Source: an uncultured Pseudomonadales bacterium
GTDB taxonomy: Bacteria > Patescibacteriota > Microgenomatia > UBA1400 > PJMF01
Length of the DNA: 64,000 nucleotides
NCBI GenBank assembly: GCA_964406075.1
Contig: CAYOQI010000003.1
Location: forward strand, 12,718 to 76,717
Direction: 5' to 3'
Position 1 is the stretch's first letter. Each line of letters starts with the position of its first letter. Shown here piece after piece: positions 8,789 to 17,462 of this stretch. Made by a program: the position numbers and the translations under genes. Under the pieces are notes generated by a model that ran no database searches, had not been told where the DNA came from, and worked only from the letters and a program-made list of their open reading frames with translations.

Positions 8789-11698
8789 ATGTTTATTAAA
8801 AAAAACAGCGGGCACTTACTTATCGAAATACTTCTTGCAAGTGCGATTTTTGCTGTGGCAGTACCAGCTTTGATGGTAGGATTATCGACTGCTACCGATG
8901 GAAAAGCCCAACAATTACAACGCTTACAAGCGAGTACTTTATTAAGAGAATCCCAAGAAGCTGTACGATCTGTTCGAGAAAAAGGTTGGACAATATTTGC
9001 CCAAAACGGTACGTATTATCCAGTTATTCAAGGAAATACTTGGTCATTTGCAACAGGCTCAGCAACCACGGATGGGTTTACTCGTGAAATTGTGGTCAGC
9101 GATGTCTTTCGTGATAGCTCAGGAAAGATCGCTTCCAGTGGTGGAGTGCTAGATCCTTCGACCAAAAAACTGGTCACTTCTGTATGGTGGCAAACACCAC
9201 TGACTGCTACTATTTCAGCGACCTCCTATTTAGTTCGATATCTTGATAACTTGGCATACACTCACACAACTGCGGCCGATTTTAACAGCACGAATCTTAT
9301 ACAGTTGTCAGTCACCAATACTTCAGGTGGGGAAGTTCAGCTTTCCGATAATAATAAAGCAAAATGGTGTGAGCCTTCATTTTCTACTTCAACGATTGAT
9401 CTTCCTGATGGTCCACCTGTTGCGGTTGCAGCGCGATCAAGTTCTTCTTCCACATCTGTGCCAAATGATGTCTTTGTTGCGACTTCACCATACTCAACCA
9501 ATTCTGCCAAGTTGGCATACGTCAATGTAACAGCAAATACAGAAGATCCATCTTCGACATTACAAGGAACTTTTACGCTCGATGCATCAAAATACAGTGA
9601 CCCTGGATTAGTGCCGTCGGGATTGGGAATAGATAATACGTTTAAAACGAATGACGTTGCGTACTATACTTCGCCTTCAAATAAGCTGTACGCATTGTTA
9701 GCAACAGACCAGCCAAGCAAAGAAGTGGTGGCAATTTTAGTAAATGATAATTTGGCTGGGAATTCAGAGTTTCAAGATGCAACAAATAAAATATATAAAT
9801 ATCAAACTTTTTTTAACACAGTTCCGTATGTAGTAAATAGCACTGGTTTACAAGATCCTTCGGCAAATATTGCAGATACAGGAGGAGATGATAACGGTTA
9901 TGCTTCAAATCCCACCCGAGCATATACTGATAATAGTTCATTTGCCATCGATACAAATAGTGGAAGTGGTACAGGCACGAACTGTGCTGGGGCTGATAAA
10001 GATAGACATCGATACTATAACTATGACTTGTCGGTTCCAAGTGGAGCGACAATTTATGGGATACAAGTTCGTGCGGATGCACGGGCAGATAGTACGACAG
10101 GATCACCGTACCTGTGTATTCAATTGTCATGGGATGGCGGTTCAACCTGGACTACTACAAAAAATACTGCAAATTTGACTACCAGTGAAGCGACCTATTT
10201 ATTAGGTGACTCAAGCGATACATGGGGACGGACGTGGAGCTCAGGAGATTTCAGCAATGCGAACTTCAGAGTTCGAGTGATAAATGTGGCGAGTAATAAT
10301 TCACGAGATTTTTCCTTGGATTGGCTGGCTGTAAATGTGACATATTCTGGTGGAACATCACCTTCTAATGATCAAGCTCCGTATGGATATGGCGCGACGT
10401 CATTAACAGTTCAAGACAATAGAGGATACGTTGCTTCAGGTGGGTATTTATATACATTTGATCTCAGTTCAATCGATAGTAAAAATGCAACAACTGGATT
10501 AGATATGTTGGGGTGCAGAATAGAGTTAGAAGGATTTGACTGTAATCCTGGAAGTGGGATTGATCGGAAGTATAGTTCAGGTGAAACAGGTACATCTTGG
10601 AGTACTACCACCTCGCCGGCTCACAATGATTGTTCTGATGGAGGAAATATTGAGTTGTACGCAACGAATGATATCTATCCTGTCTCTTCAGGAGGAAGTA
10701 CCTATATTTTTGCTGCAGTGGGAGCAGGTACGAATCCGGAGCTAAACATTGTCAATGTTTCGAGTGTTCCGAATGATGCCTCATCACCTGCAGTGAGTAA
10801 CAATTCATGTGGAAGAATAAGTGGAGGGAATAGTAGTTGGAAACGTGTAGGGAGTTTTGACTTCAATTCACAAAGTGGAACAGAGGAAGCCGCGAACTCA
10901 GTCTATGCTCGATCAGATGGAAACAGAGCCTATATCTCCTCGAATGGAACTTCCGATAGTGAGCAGTTTTATATCATTAACACCACAAATAAAAGTTCAC
11001 CGAGTTTTCTTTCAGGAAGTCCAGCAACAGGTCCGACTAGTGGGTTTTATCAAGGAAGTGGAGGAAATGGGGAAATGTATCCACGCCGTTCTCTAACTGT
11101 TTTAAATGGACAACGAATAGTACTGGTCGGAAAAGATGGTGTTGCCAATGGCAATGATGCGCAAGAATACCAAGTTTTGGATTCCAGTAATGAGTCTTCA
11201 CCGGCGTATTGTTCAGGTATTGATTTCAACGAAGGATTTAATGATTTAACATCTGTTGTCGAAGCAGATCTAGACACGTATGTGTACATGGTGACAAACA
11301 CAAATGTGAACGAACTGAGAATAGTTCAAGGTGGACCTGATGGACGCTATTATGATTCAGGTACATCAGAGTCAGGCACATTTGATAATGGGTACAGTAC
11401 GGCATTTAATCGATTTAGTGCAACGAATGATATCCCAGCAAATACAAGTTTAGGTTGGCAGTTCGCCATTCATGATCCAGTCAGTGGAAGTTGTAATGGG
11501 GTGACCTTTGACTTTGTTGGACCGGATGGAACGGGAAGTACCTATTACCCCGCAACTGGGAGTGCGTTGTTACTTGATGATGATGGATCAGGATATGAAA
11601 ACCCAGGTAGATGTTTCCGATATAAGAGCTTTTTTTCAACGACAGATGTAAATACCACACCAGTAAATTCAGATATTACTGTGAATTACTCACCATAA
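8789..11698 (+). CDS. Giant (969 aa) prepilin-like protein, candidate pilus tip/adhesin subunit
   Basis: The N-terminus KNSG|HLLIEILLASAIFAVAV has Glu at +5. The long Ser/Thr/Gly/Asn-rich ectodomain has repeats suggestive of a beta-propeller (GGYLYTFDLSS, STYIFAAVGAG...LNIVNVSS, NRAYISSNG...FYIINTTN). Confidence 0.65.
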   Translation: MFIKKNSGHLLIEILLASAIFAVAVPALMVGLSTATDGKAQQLQRLQASTLLRESQEAVRSVREKGWTIFAQNGTYYPVIQGNTWSFATGSATTDGFTREIVVSDVFRDSSGKIASSGGVLDPSTKKLVTSVWWQTPLTATISATSYLVRYLDNLAYTHTTAADFNSTNLIQLSVTNTSGGEVQLSDNNKAKWCEPSFSTSTIDLPDGPPVAVAARSSSSSTSVPNDVFVATSPYSTNSAKLAYVNVTANTEDPSSTLQGTFTLDASKYSDPGLVPSGLGIDNTFKTNDVAYYTSPSNKLYALLATDQPSKEVVAILVNDNLAGNSEFQDATNKIYKYQTFFNTVPYVVNSTGLQDPSANIADTGGDDNGYASNPTRAYTDNSSFAIDTNSGSGTGTNCAGADKDRHRYYNYDLSVPSGATIYGIQVRADARADSTTGSPYLCIQLSWDGGSTWTTTKNTANLTTSEATYLLGDSSDTWGRTWSSGDFSNANFRVRVINVASNNSRDFSLDWLAVNVTYSGGTSPSNDQAPYGYGATSLTVQDNRGYVASGGYLYTFDLSSIDSKNATTGLDMLGCRIELEGFDCNPGSGIDRKYSSGETGTSWSTTTSPAHNDCSDGGNIELYATNDIYPVSSGGSTYIFAAVGAGTNPELNIVNVSSVPNDASSPAVSNNSCGRISGGNSSWKRVGSFDFNSQSGTEEAANSVYARSDGNRAYISSNGTSDSEQFYIINTTNKSSPSFLSGSPATGPTSGFYQGSGGNGEMYPRRSLTVLNGQRIVLVGKDGVANGNDAQEYQVLDSSNESSPAYCSGIDFNEGFNDLTSVVEADLDTYVYMVTNTNVNELRIVQGGPDGRYYDSGTSESGTFDNGYSTAFNRFSATNDIPANTSLGWQFAIHDPVSGSCNGVTFDFVGPDGTGSTYYPATGSALLLDDDGSGYENPGRCFRYKSFFSTTDVNTTPVNSDITVNYSP

Positions 11699-11699
11699 A

Positions 11700-12218
11700 A
11701 TGATACAGAATCCCGTTCAACATTCTAAAAAAAGTACATCAACAGCAGGATATACGTTGGTGGAAGTTTTGATGTTTATGGGATTGTTTTCAATGTTTTT
11801 AGTTTTACTGACGAATATGTTTGCGACCATATTGGAAACACAACAAAGATCACTTGCCACATCATACGTCGAACAGACAGGAAGATTCGTTTTAGCTCGA
11901 CTTATGTATGACGTGCATAGGGCTACTTCCATTACAACACCAGCTGCAGCTGGCTCAACAGATACATCGTTAGATTTAAATATTGATGGTGTGCCATATA
12001 GCTATTCAATTGATAATGGAGTGTTCCAGTTATCAAATTCGAGTGGAGTACATGATTTGCATGCCGGGCAGGTTACAGTTTCGAATTTTTCGCTGACACG
12101 TATTGGAAATGTAAATGGAAAACATACTCTACAATTGAGTTTTGATGTTGAAAGTGTTGTCCCTGACACAACAGGAATACAATCACGGACATTTTCTACC
12201 ACATTAGGCATAAGGTAG
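11700..12218 (+). CDS. Minor pilin / pseudopilin with prepilin-type N-terminal motif
   Basis: The N-terminus STAG|YTLVEVLMFMGLF has Glu at +5. The start lies 1 nt after the upstream stop. Confidence 0.7.
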   Translation: MIQNPVQHSKKSTSTAGYTLVEVLMFMGLFSMFLVLLTNMFATILETQQRSLATSYVEQTGRFVLARLMYDVHRATSITTPAAAGSTDTSLDLNIDGVPYSYSIDNGVFQLSNSSGVHDLHAGQVTVSNFSLTRIGNVNGKHTLQLSFDVESVVPDTTGIQSRTFSTTLGIR

Positions 12219-12240
12219 AGATTTTTAGTAAAAAATTAAA

Positions 12241-12645
12241 ATGAAGAAATTAGACACTTCAATTCAGTCACATCAATCCAATTCGGGTCAAGCTTTGATG
12301 GCCTTGCTGGTGTTTTTGATGCTGGGATTAACAGTCAGTACTACGGCAGTTTCACTCACAGTTTCTAATTCTATAAACGCTCAAAAATTTCAAGATTCTC
12401 AAGTCGCTTTAGCTGTTGCTGAAAGTGGAGCAGAGAATGCAATTATTCGCTTATTAAGAGACCCAAATTATTCTGGAGAAACATTATTAGTTGGTACTGA
12501 TACCGCCGTGATTACCGTTACTTCAGGTAGCCCAACAACAATTGTATCGGTGGGAAGATCGGGAAATTTTGAGCGTTCTATCGCAGTTCAGCTAGATGCG
12601 AGTTCTGGCATATTAAGTATTGTTTCCTGGAAAGAAACGTATTAA
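12241..12645 (+). CDS. PilX/GspK-like minor pilin lacking Glu+5
   Basis: SNSG|QALMALLVFLMLGL has a pilin-like hydrophobic helix but Ala at +5. ALAVAESGAENAI resembles the PilX N-terminal motif. Confidence 0.5.
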   Translation: MKKLDTSIQSHQSNSGQALMALLVFLMLGLTVSTTAVSLTVSNSINAQKFQDSQVALAVAESGAENAIIRLLRDPNYSGETLLVGTDTAVITVTSGSPTTIVSVGRSGNFERSIAVQLDASSGILSIVSWKETY

Positions 12646-12701
12646 ATATAAACTCCCACTACACTTATCAAGTGATTTTTGTCACTATATGATACACACG
12701 T

Positions 12702-13820
12702 ATGTTAGAAGGAAAATCTCCCGTTGCCAGTATTCTTTTTTTCACTAAAACCCATATTCAGTGGTGGAATTCGGGTGCAGCTGAAGTGCAGAATTTCGAA
12801 TTTCCTTCAGAGACTTTGATTGACTTAGATATCGTCAACGAAGAACTGGTTCAAACCAGTTTTTTAACTTGGTTGCAACAATCGCAACAAACTCCTCGTG
12901 AAGTAGTGATTATTTTTGCTGATGAACTCTATTTTACAAAAGACTTCGCAGCCACTTCCAATCAGGATGAAATTAAAACGCATACACAGGAATTTTGTGA
13001 TGTCGTGCCTTTTGATAACTTATTGTGTAAACCATTCACCTTAGAATCAGGCTTGCGAATTTTTGCGATGAATAAAGGATTGTATGAAATCATAGTAAAA
13101 ACGCTCGAAGAGCAAACATATACGATCGATAATTATTTCCCTCAATTTTTGTTCCCAGTTGATTTTTCTCAAGGACTCACTCCCGAGAATGCCAAAGAAA
13201 CGCTTCCAGTTTTATCTAAATTACAAGATATGGGCTTAATGGATCCAAAGCAACGGAAAGAAGCACAACAAAAGAAATTTATTAAAAAACAATTCGCGAT
13301 CACAAAAGAAGTTGGTATTGCTCTTGGTGTGTTCGTTTTTTTAATGGCTGTGTTGGGTGTGCTGATTTGGAATATGCAGCGGCAAAATGCTGCACTTGAA
13401 AATCAAGTACCATCACCTTTGCCAGAAGAAATTGAAGTACCTGTTGTTGCTCCAGTTGCGACACCAATTGCCAGCTCTAGTGCGGATGTTTTGACTTCAA
13501 CCCAAAGTGGCACAGTATCACCACTCGGTTCACTGCGTATTCAAGTGCTCAATGGGTCAGGAGTTAGCGGGAAAGCGGATGAGGTAAAACAGAACTTGGT
13601 AGATAGCGGTGCAGTGCAAGAGTTTGTTGTTACTGGAAATGCTGCTCAGAGTAATCCCGGTAGAACTTCAGTTGTTGTAAAACCAGGGTTGAACTCGAAT
13701 ATACAAGTACTACTTCAAGAAGCATTCCGTGAAAGTTTCTCAAATTTTTCCTATCAAGAAAATATTGAGCTGAGTGCATATGATATGATCATCACTATTG
13801 GAGCAAGTGATTTGCTTTAA
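12702..13820 (+). CDS. Bitopic pilus-locus protein with C-terminal LytR_C-type domain
   Basis: It has a cytoplasmic N-terminal region of about 200 aa, one TM helix (GIALGVFVFLMAVLGVLIW) and a Pro/Val linker. The C-terminal LRIQVLNGSGVSGKADEVKQNL is typical of LytR C-terminal domains. Confidence 0.5.
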   Translation: MLEGKSPVASILFFTKTHIQWWNSGAAEVQNFEFPSETLIDLDIVNEELVQTSFLTWLQQSQQTPREVVIIFADELYFTKDFAATSNQDEIKTHTQEFCDVVPFDNLLCKPFTLESGLRIFAMNKGLYEIIVKTLEEQTYTIDNYFPQFLFPVDFSQGLTPENAKETLPVLSKLQDMGLMDPKQRKEAQQKKFIKKQFAITKEVGIALGVFVFLMAVLGVLIWNMQRQNAALENQVPSPLPEEIEVPVVAPVATPIASSSADVLTSTQSGTVSPLGSLRIQVLNGSGVSGKADEVKQNLVDSGAVQEFVVTGNAAQSNPGRTSVVVKPGLNSNIQVLLQEAFRESFSNFSYQENIELSAYDMIITIGASDLL

Positions 13821-13856
13821 AAAACGAATTGTATTTTTCAATATTTTTCTGTACAG

Positions 13857-13886
13857 TTACAATTACACTTTCTTAGCACATAGTAT
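13857..13886 (+). promoter_or_regulatory. Candidate promoter for the dockerin/His-rich paralog genes
   Basis: TTACAA (13857-13862), an 18-nt spacer, then TAGTAT (13881-13886). The pilin gene has the same N18-TAGTAT arrangement. Confidence 0.3.
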
Positions 13887-13907
13887 TATTATTTCTTTTC
13901 CAAAAAT

Positions 13908-15620
13908 ATGAACACCCACTCAAAAGACACACATACAAAAGAAATAGTACAAAGATTTATTCTTACAACGGTTGGTGTTTTAGTAGGGCTGGTATCAGTA
14001 GCAGTCGCATTTCCTGGACAGATATTGAGTCAGACTCAATATAATATTGCGGATATCAATAAAGATGGAATCGTTGATCTTACAGATTACTCCATCCTTG
14101 CTGAGAACTTCTTCCAGACAGGACAGTCAATATTGGCAGATATTAATATGGATGAGATTGTAGATCTCACAGATTACTCAATCTTAGCTGAGAACTTCTT
14201 TAAAACAGGACCTGATTCATCTCCAACTCCTACGTACCAAGCTTCTCCAACTCCCACACCTATGGTTCATGAGTCGCCTCATCCGACCTTAACTCCTAAT
14301 CCTTCAGGTGATGCTCAAGCCCCAAATGGGAATAGTAAAGCAATGGGGAAGTGGGTACCAAATCCCAAATTTGATACCTGTCCAGTTGAAGTACACGAAA
14401 GTTATAAGGTTGTCGGACCGGATGGAAAATGGTATCCAACCTGGCATCCACATGAACACACCTATTCAAATGGAACTAAATGTACTTTTGGTCATGAACA
14501 TGGACGAGATCCAAAGCTTTCTCCATTATTCCCTAAGATGCAAGAAATGTATTATTACGATGCAAATTCAAATGGATCAATGGATACCGCAGAAAAAGCA
14601 GTGACAGGTGTTCCATTTGCATATGCCAATGAGCAATATGATGTATATAACGCATCAATTGGTAAACCATTGGTACATCGCCATGAAGATCACGTTGGGC
14701 ACAAAGTAGAATGGGAGAGATTCAATCAAGCATATGAAGGTGCAACTGCAGCTGATCGTCGTGAGAGTGATATTGTCTGTGATGTAGCAGGTATTATTCA
14801 TCAAGGTACAAACTCTAAAGATGCTTTCACTAATAACTTGCACGCGGCTACAGGATTCATGTCATGTAATAGAAATGGATATGATGCCCGAATTACGATA
14901 CTTGCTGCCTTTAACAAACCAGGTCAATTCGGTGAAGCACTACCGTGTAATCCACGAGGCACCCAGATCATTCTTGGAACAGATAGTGTGAACTCAAACT
15001 ATCCTTCAGGTGGCCCTAACACAGCACGAAATGTTCTCACCAGAAAATGTGTCAATGAATTCATGCTAGTTCCATCAGGACAATTTTCAGGTCACACATA
15101 TGAGGATTGGAGAGCAGATCTTGTCTTGACTGATAAATCTGGGAAAAGATTAAATATGTCACCAGTCGGTGGATTCACAGTTTTCAACCCTGTTCGTTTT
15201 TATGATCCAGGAAAACCACTTGATGTCGGTTACTTGATGGATCTGTGTTACGAAGTGGAGCCAAATGGAGATCGTATGCGAGGTGCATGTCATGTAACAG
15301 AAGACGGTCGAGTTACTGGTATTACTTGGGATGATCCGCGCTCTCAATTTAGAGGTGATATGCGAGAAACATATTTTCAAGCTGATCCAATCACTAACGC
15401 AGGTGGTACAGCTATCATCTATACCGATCCATTGGGGAATAATGGACAAAGTACTCCTTTCCCAGGATCAATTAAGCAATATCTCACTCCTGCGAACATT
15501 AGTTATGGACCACAATTAGGTGGCCCATTAACACCAAGTGCTTTTGGAGCAGATCGTGGCTACGGCACAATGGGTGGGTCTGGGAAATGGGGACACAACA
15601 CTGTCCACTCACCGAATTAA
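13908..15620 (+). CDS. Secreted dockerin-repeat protein with unrecognised His-rich C-terminal domain (paralog 1 of 3)
   Basis: It has a signal/anchor helix, two dockerin-type repeats (DINKDGIVDLTDYSILAENFF and DINMDEIVDLTDYSILAENFF) and a Pro/Thr linker. The domain carries WHPHEH, CTFGHEHGRDP, RHEDHVGHKVEW and HQGTNSKDAFTNNLH, and ends TVHSPN. Confidence 0.75.
   Translation: MNTHSKDTHTKEIVQRFILTTVGVLVGLVSVAVAFPGQILSQTQYNIADINKDGIVDLTDYSILAENFFQTGQSILADINMDEIVDLTDYSILAENFFKTGPDSSPTPTYQASPTPTPMVHESPHPTLTPNPSGDAQAPNGNSKAMGKWVPNPKFDTCPVEVHESYKVVGPDGKWYPTWHPHEHTYSNGTKCTFGHEHGRDPKLSPLFPKMQEMYYYDANSNGSMDTAEKAVTGVPFAYANEQYDVYNASIGKPLVHRHEDHVGHKVEWERFNQAYEGATAADRRESDIVCDVAGIIHQGTNSKDAFTNNLHAATGFMSCNRNGYDARITILAAFNKPGQFGEALPCNPRGTQIILGTDSVNSNYPSGGPNTARNVLTRKCVNEFMLVPSGQFSGHTYEDWRADLVLTDKSGKRLNMSPVGGFTVFNPVRFYDPGKPLDVGYLMDLCYEVEPNGDRMRGACHVTEDGRVTGITWDDPRSQFRGDMRETYFQADPITNAGGTAIIYTDPLGNNGQSTPFPGSIKQYLTPANISYGPQLGGPLTPSAFGADRGYGTMGGSGKWGHNTVHSPN
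14115..14224 (+). repeat. 110-nt tract in paralog 1 identical to 17670-17779 in paralog 3
   Basis: I compared the two stretches base by base. They match from cagacaggacagtc... to ...gattcatctcc, and the flanking sequence diverges at synonymous sites. Confidence 0.9.
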
Positions 15621-15687
15621 ACTAAGATAGCTGGCGTTGAATCACATTTTTCAATTTTTATATTATGATCACTACCGAACAGTGCTT

Positions 15688-17373
15688 ATGAAATCTTTAG
15701 CATACCGATTTACTTTCACAACAATAGCAGTTTTGTTGGGATTAGTTTCAGTAGCAGTAGCGTTTCCTGGGAAGATATTAAGTCAGACACAATACAACAT
15801 TGCAGATATCAATAAGGATGGGATAGTTGATCTGACTGATTACTCAATCCTAGCAGAAGACTTTTTTAAGACAGGACAGTCTTTGTTATCAGACTTCAAT
15901 TTGGATGAGATAGTTGATCTTACAGATTACTCAATTCTTGCAGAGAACTTCTTTAAAACAGGACCAGATTCATCTCCAACTCCTACGTACCCAGCTTCTC
16001 CAACTCCAACACCGATGACACATGTCGAAGGTGAAAGTATGGCTATGAGTACTTGGAAGCCACTTACTCAATATGATAAATGTGATGACGGAACAGATGT
16101 TGTAACTGCTCATAAATTTTTCCACGTTATTGGTCCAGATGGAAAACAATATCCAACATGGCATGCACCTGTGGTCACGAACCCAATTACGGGATCTGGA
16201 AATTGCTACTTTGGTCATGAGCACGGTCGAAACCCTAGTGCTTTCCAATTTTTCTCAGACATTCAACAACACTTTGCTTATGATGCAGATCACAATGGTC
16301 AAATCAGCTCAGCCGAGTTAGCTAAGTCTGGAGTGCCATTTGGATATGTAAATGAACAAATGGACGCATACTATGCATCTAATCCAAATGGTGCAATTAC
16401 TCGTCACGAAGATCATGTCGGACACAAAGTTGAGTTTGCAAATGGGGAAGGTGATATTGGAGAAGGAACCGATCCCTTCGATTCCAATATGACTGGTGGA
16501 GTAGTAGTTCCACAAAAATCTACCGCATCAGGTAGGAAATGGGATGAAACAGGAATTCGTTGCTACCATTTCCAAAAAGTACACCAAGGTGTCAATTCAC
16601 CAGATGCATTTTCAAACAATTTGCATGAGTTGCTGATCTACACGAACTGTGTGAGTACTCGAGCAAGTTTTCCAAGTTCAAAAGCACTTCTGACAACAAT
16701 GATTCCGTTTGGTGCCCCACAAGAGTTCACACGCTTTTGCGGTGCTGATCGAAATCAAATAATCTCAGTTCCTAATGCAAATTTAACTAATTTTCCAGGT
16801 ACTCGCCAAGATGGATTTAGAAACATCGTCACAAGAGATTGTGTAGAAAGCAGCATGTTAGTTCCAGCTGGGCAATTTTCATCATTCCCGTATGAAATTT
16901 GGTCTGCAGGTATCAGAATAAGAACAGCAAACAATACAGTACTCGCATCAAATGGTGGAGCTTGGGAAGTCTTAGACGCTATTCGGTACTATAATCCCAC
17001 AGCAACAAATAAAATTTCGTATTTGGCAGATGTTTGTTATGAAACACAGGGTGATCGTAAAGCTCGAGGTGGAACTTGTGATGTTATGACAAACTATGGT
17101 GCAATTACAGGAATTACCTGGAATGATCCACGTTCTCGATTCCGAGGTGTTCAGCGTGGTCAGTATGTAAATCCACATATACTCAACAACGCTGGAGGAG
17201 CAACAGTTTGGTATACCGATCCGTTTGGAGGCAATGCCACAACAACTCCATTTCCAGGTGCGACAAAACAAATGCTCTCATCCGTAAAAACAACAACGGA
17301 TTTTTCGATAGATCCCCGCATTATATTAAGAACTCACGACACAGGCTCTAATACTGTTCATGCTCCGAACTAA
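15688..17373 (+). CDS. Secreted dockerin-repeat protein with unrecognised His-rich C-terminal domain (paralog 2 of 3)
   Basis: The architecture matches paralog 1, with CYFGHEHGRNP, RHEDHVGHKVEF and HQGVNSPDAFSNNLH, ending TVHAPN. I placed the start at the ATG before the signal helix; the track TTG at 15637 adds 17 aa. Confidence 0.75.
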   Translation: MKSLAYRFTFTTIAVLLGLVSVAVAFPGKILSQTQYNIADINKDGIVDLTDYSILAEDFFKTGQSLLSDFNLDEIVDLTDYSILAENFFKTGPDSSPTPTYPASPTPTPMTHVEGESMAMSTWKPLTQYDKCDDGTDVVTAHKFFHVIGPDGKQYPTWHAPVVTNPITGSGNCYFGHEHGRNPSAFQFFSDIQQHFAYDADHNGQISSAELAKSGVPFGYVNEQMDAYYASNPNGAITRHEDHVGHKVEFANGEGDIGEGTDPFDSNMTGGVVVPQKSTASGRKWDETGIRCYHFQKVHQGVNSPDAFSNNLHELLIYTNCVSTRASFPSSKALLTTMIPFGAPQEFTRFCGADRNQIISVPNANLTNFPGTRQDGFRNIVTRDCVESSMLVPAGQFSSFPYEIWSAGIRIRTANNTVLASNGGAWEVLDAIRYYNPTATNKISYLADVCYETQGDRKARGGTCDVMTNYGAITGITWNDPRSRFRGVQRGQYVNPHILNNAGGATVWYTDPFGGNATTTPFPGATKQMLSSVKTTTDFSIDPRIILRTHDTGSNTVHAPN

Positions 17374-17462
17374 AAAGATTGCTGGTATTGAGTGACCTTT
17401 TTCATTACAATCATAATTTTTTATTGCAAGAATATTGATATTTTTTTAATTTCCAATTTATT

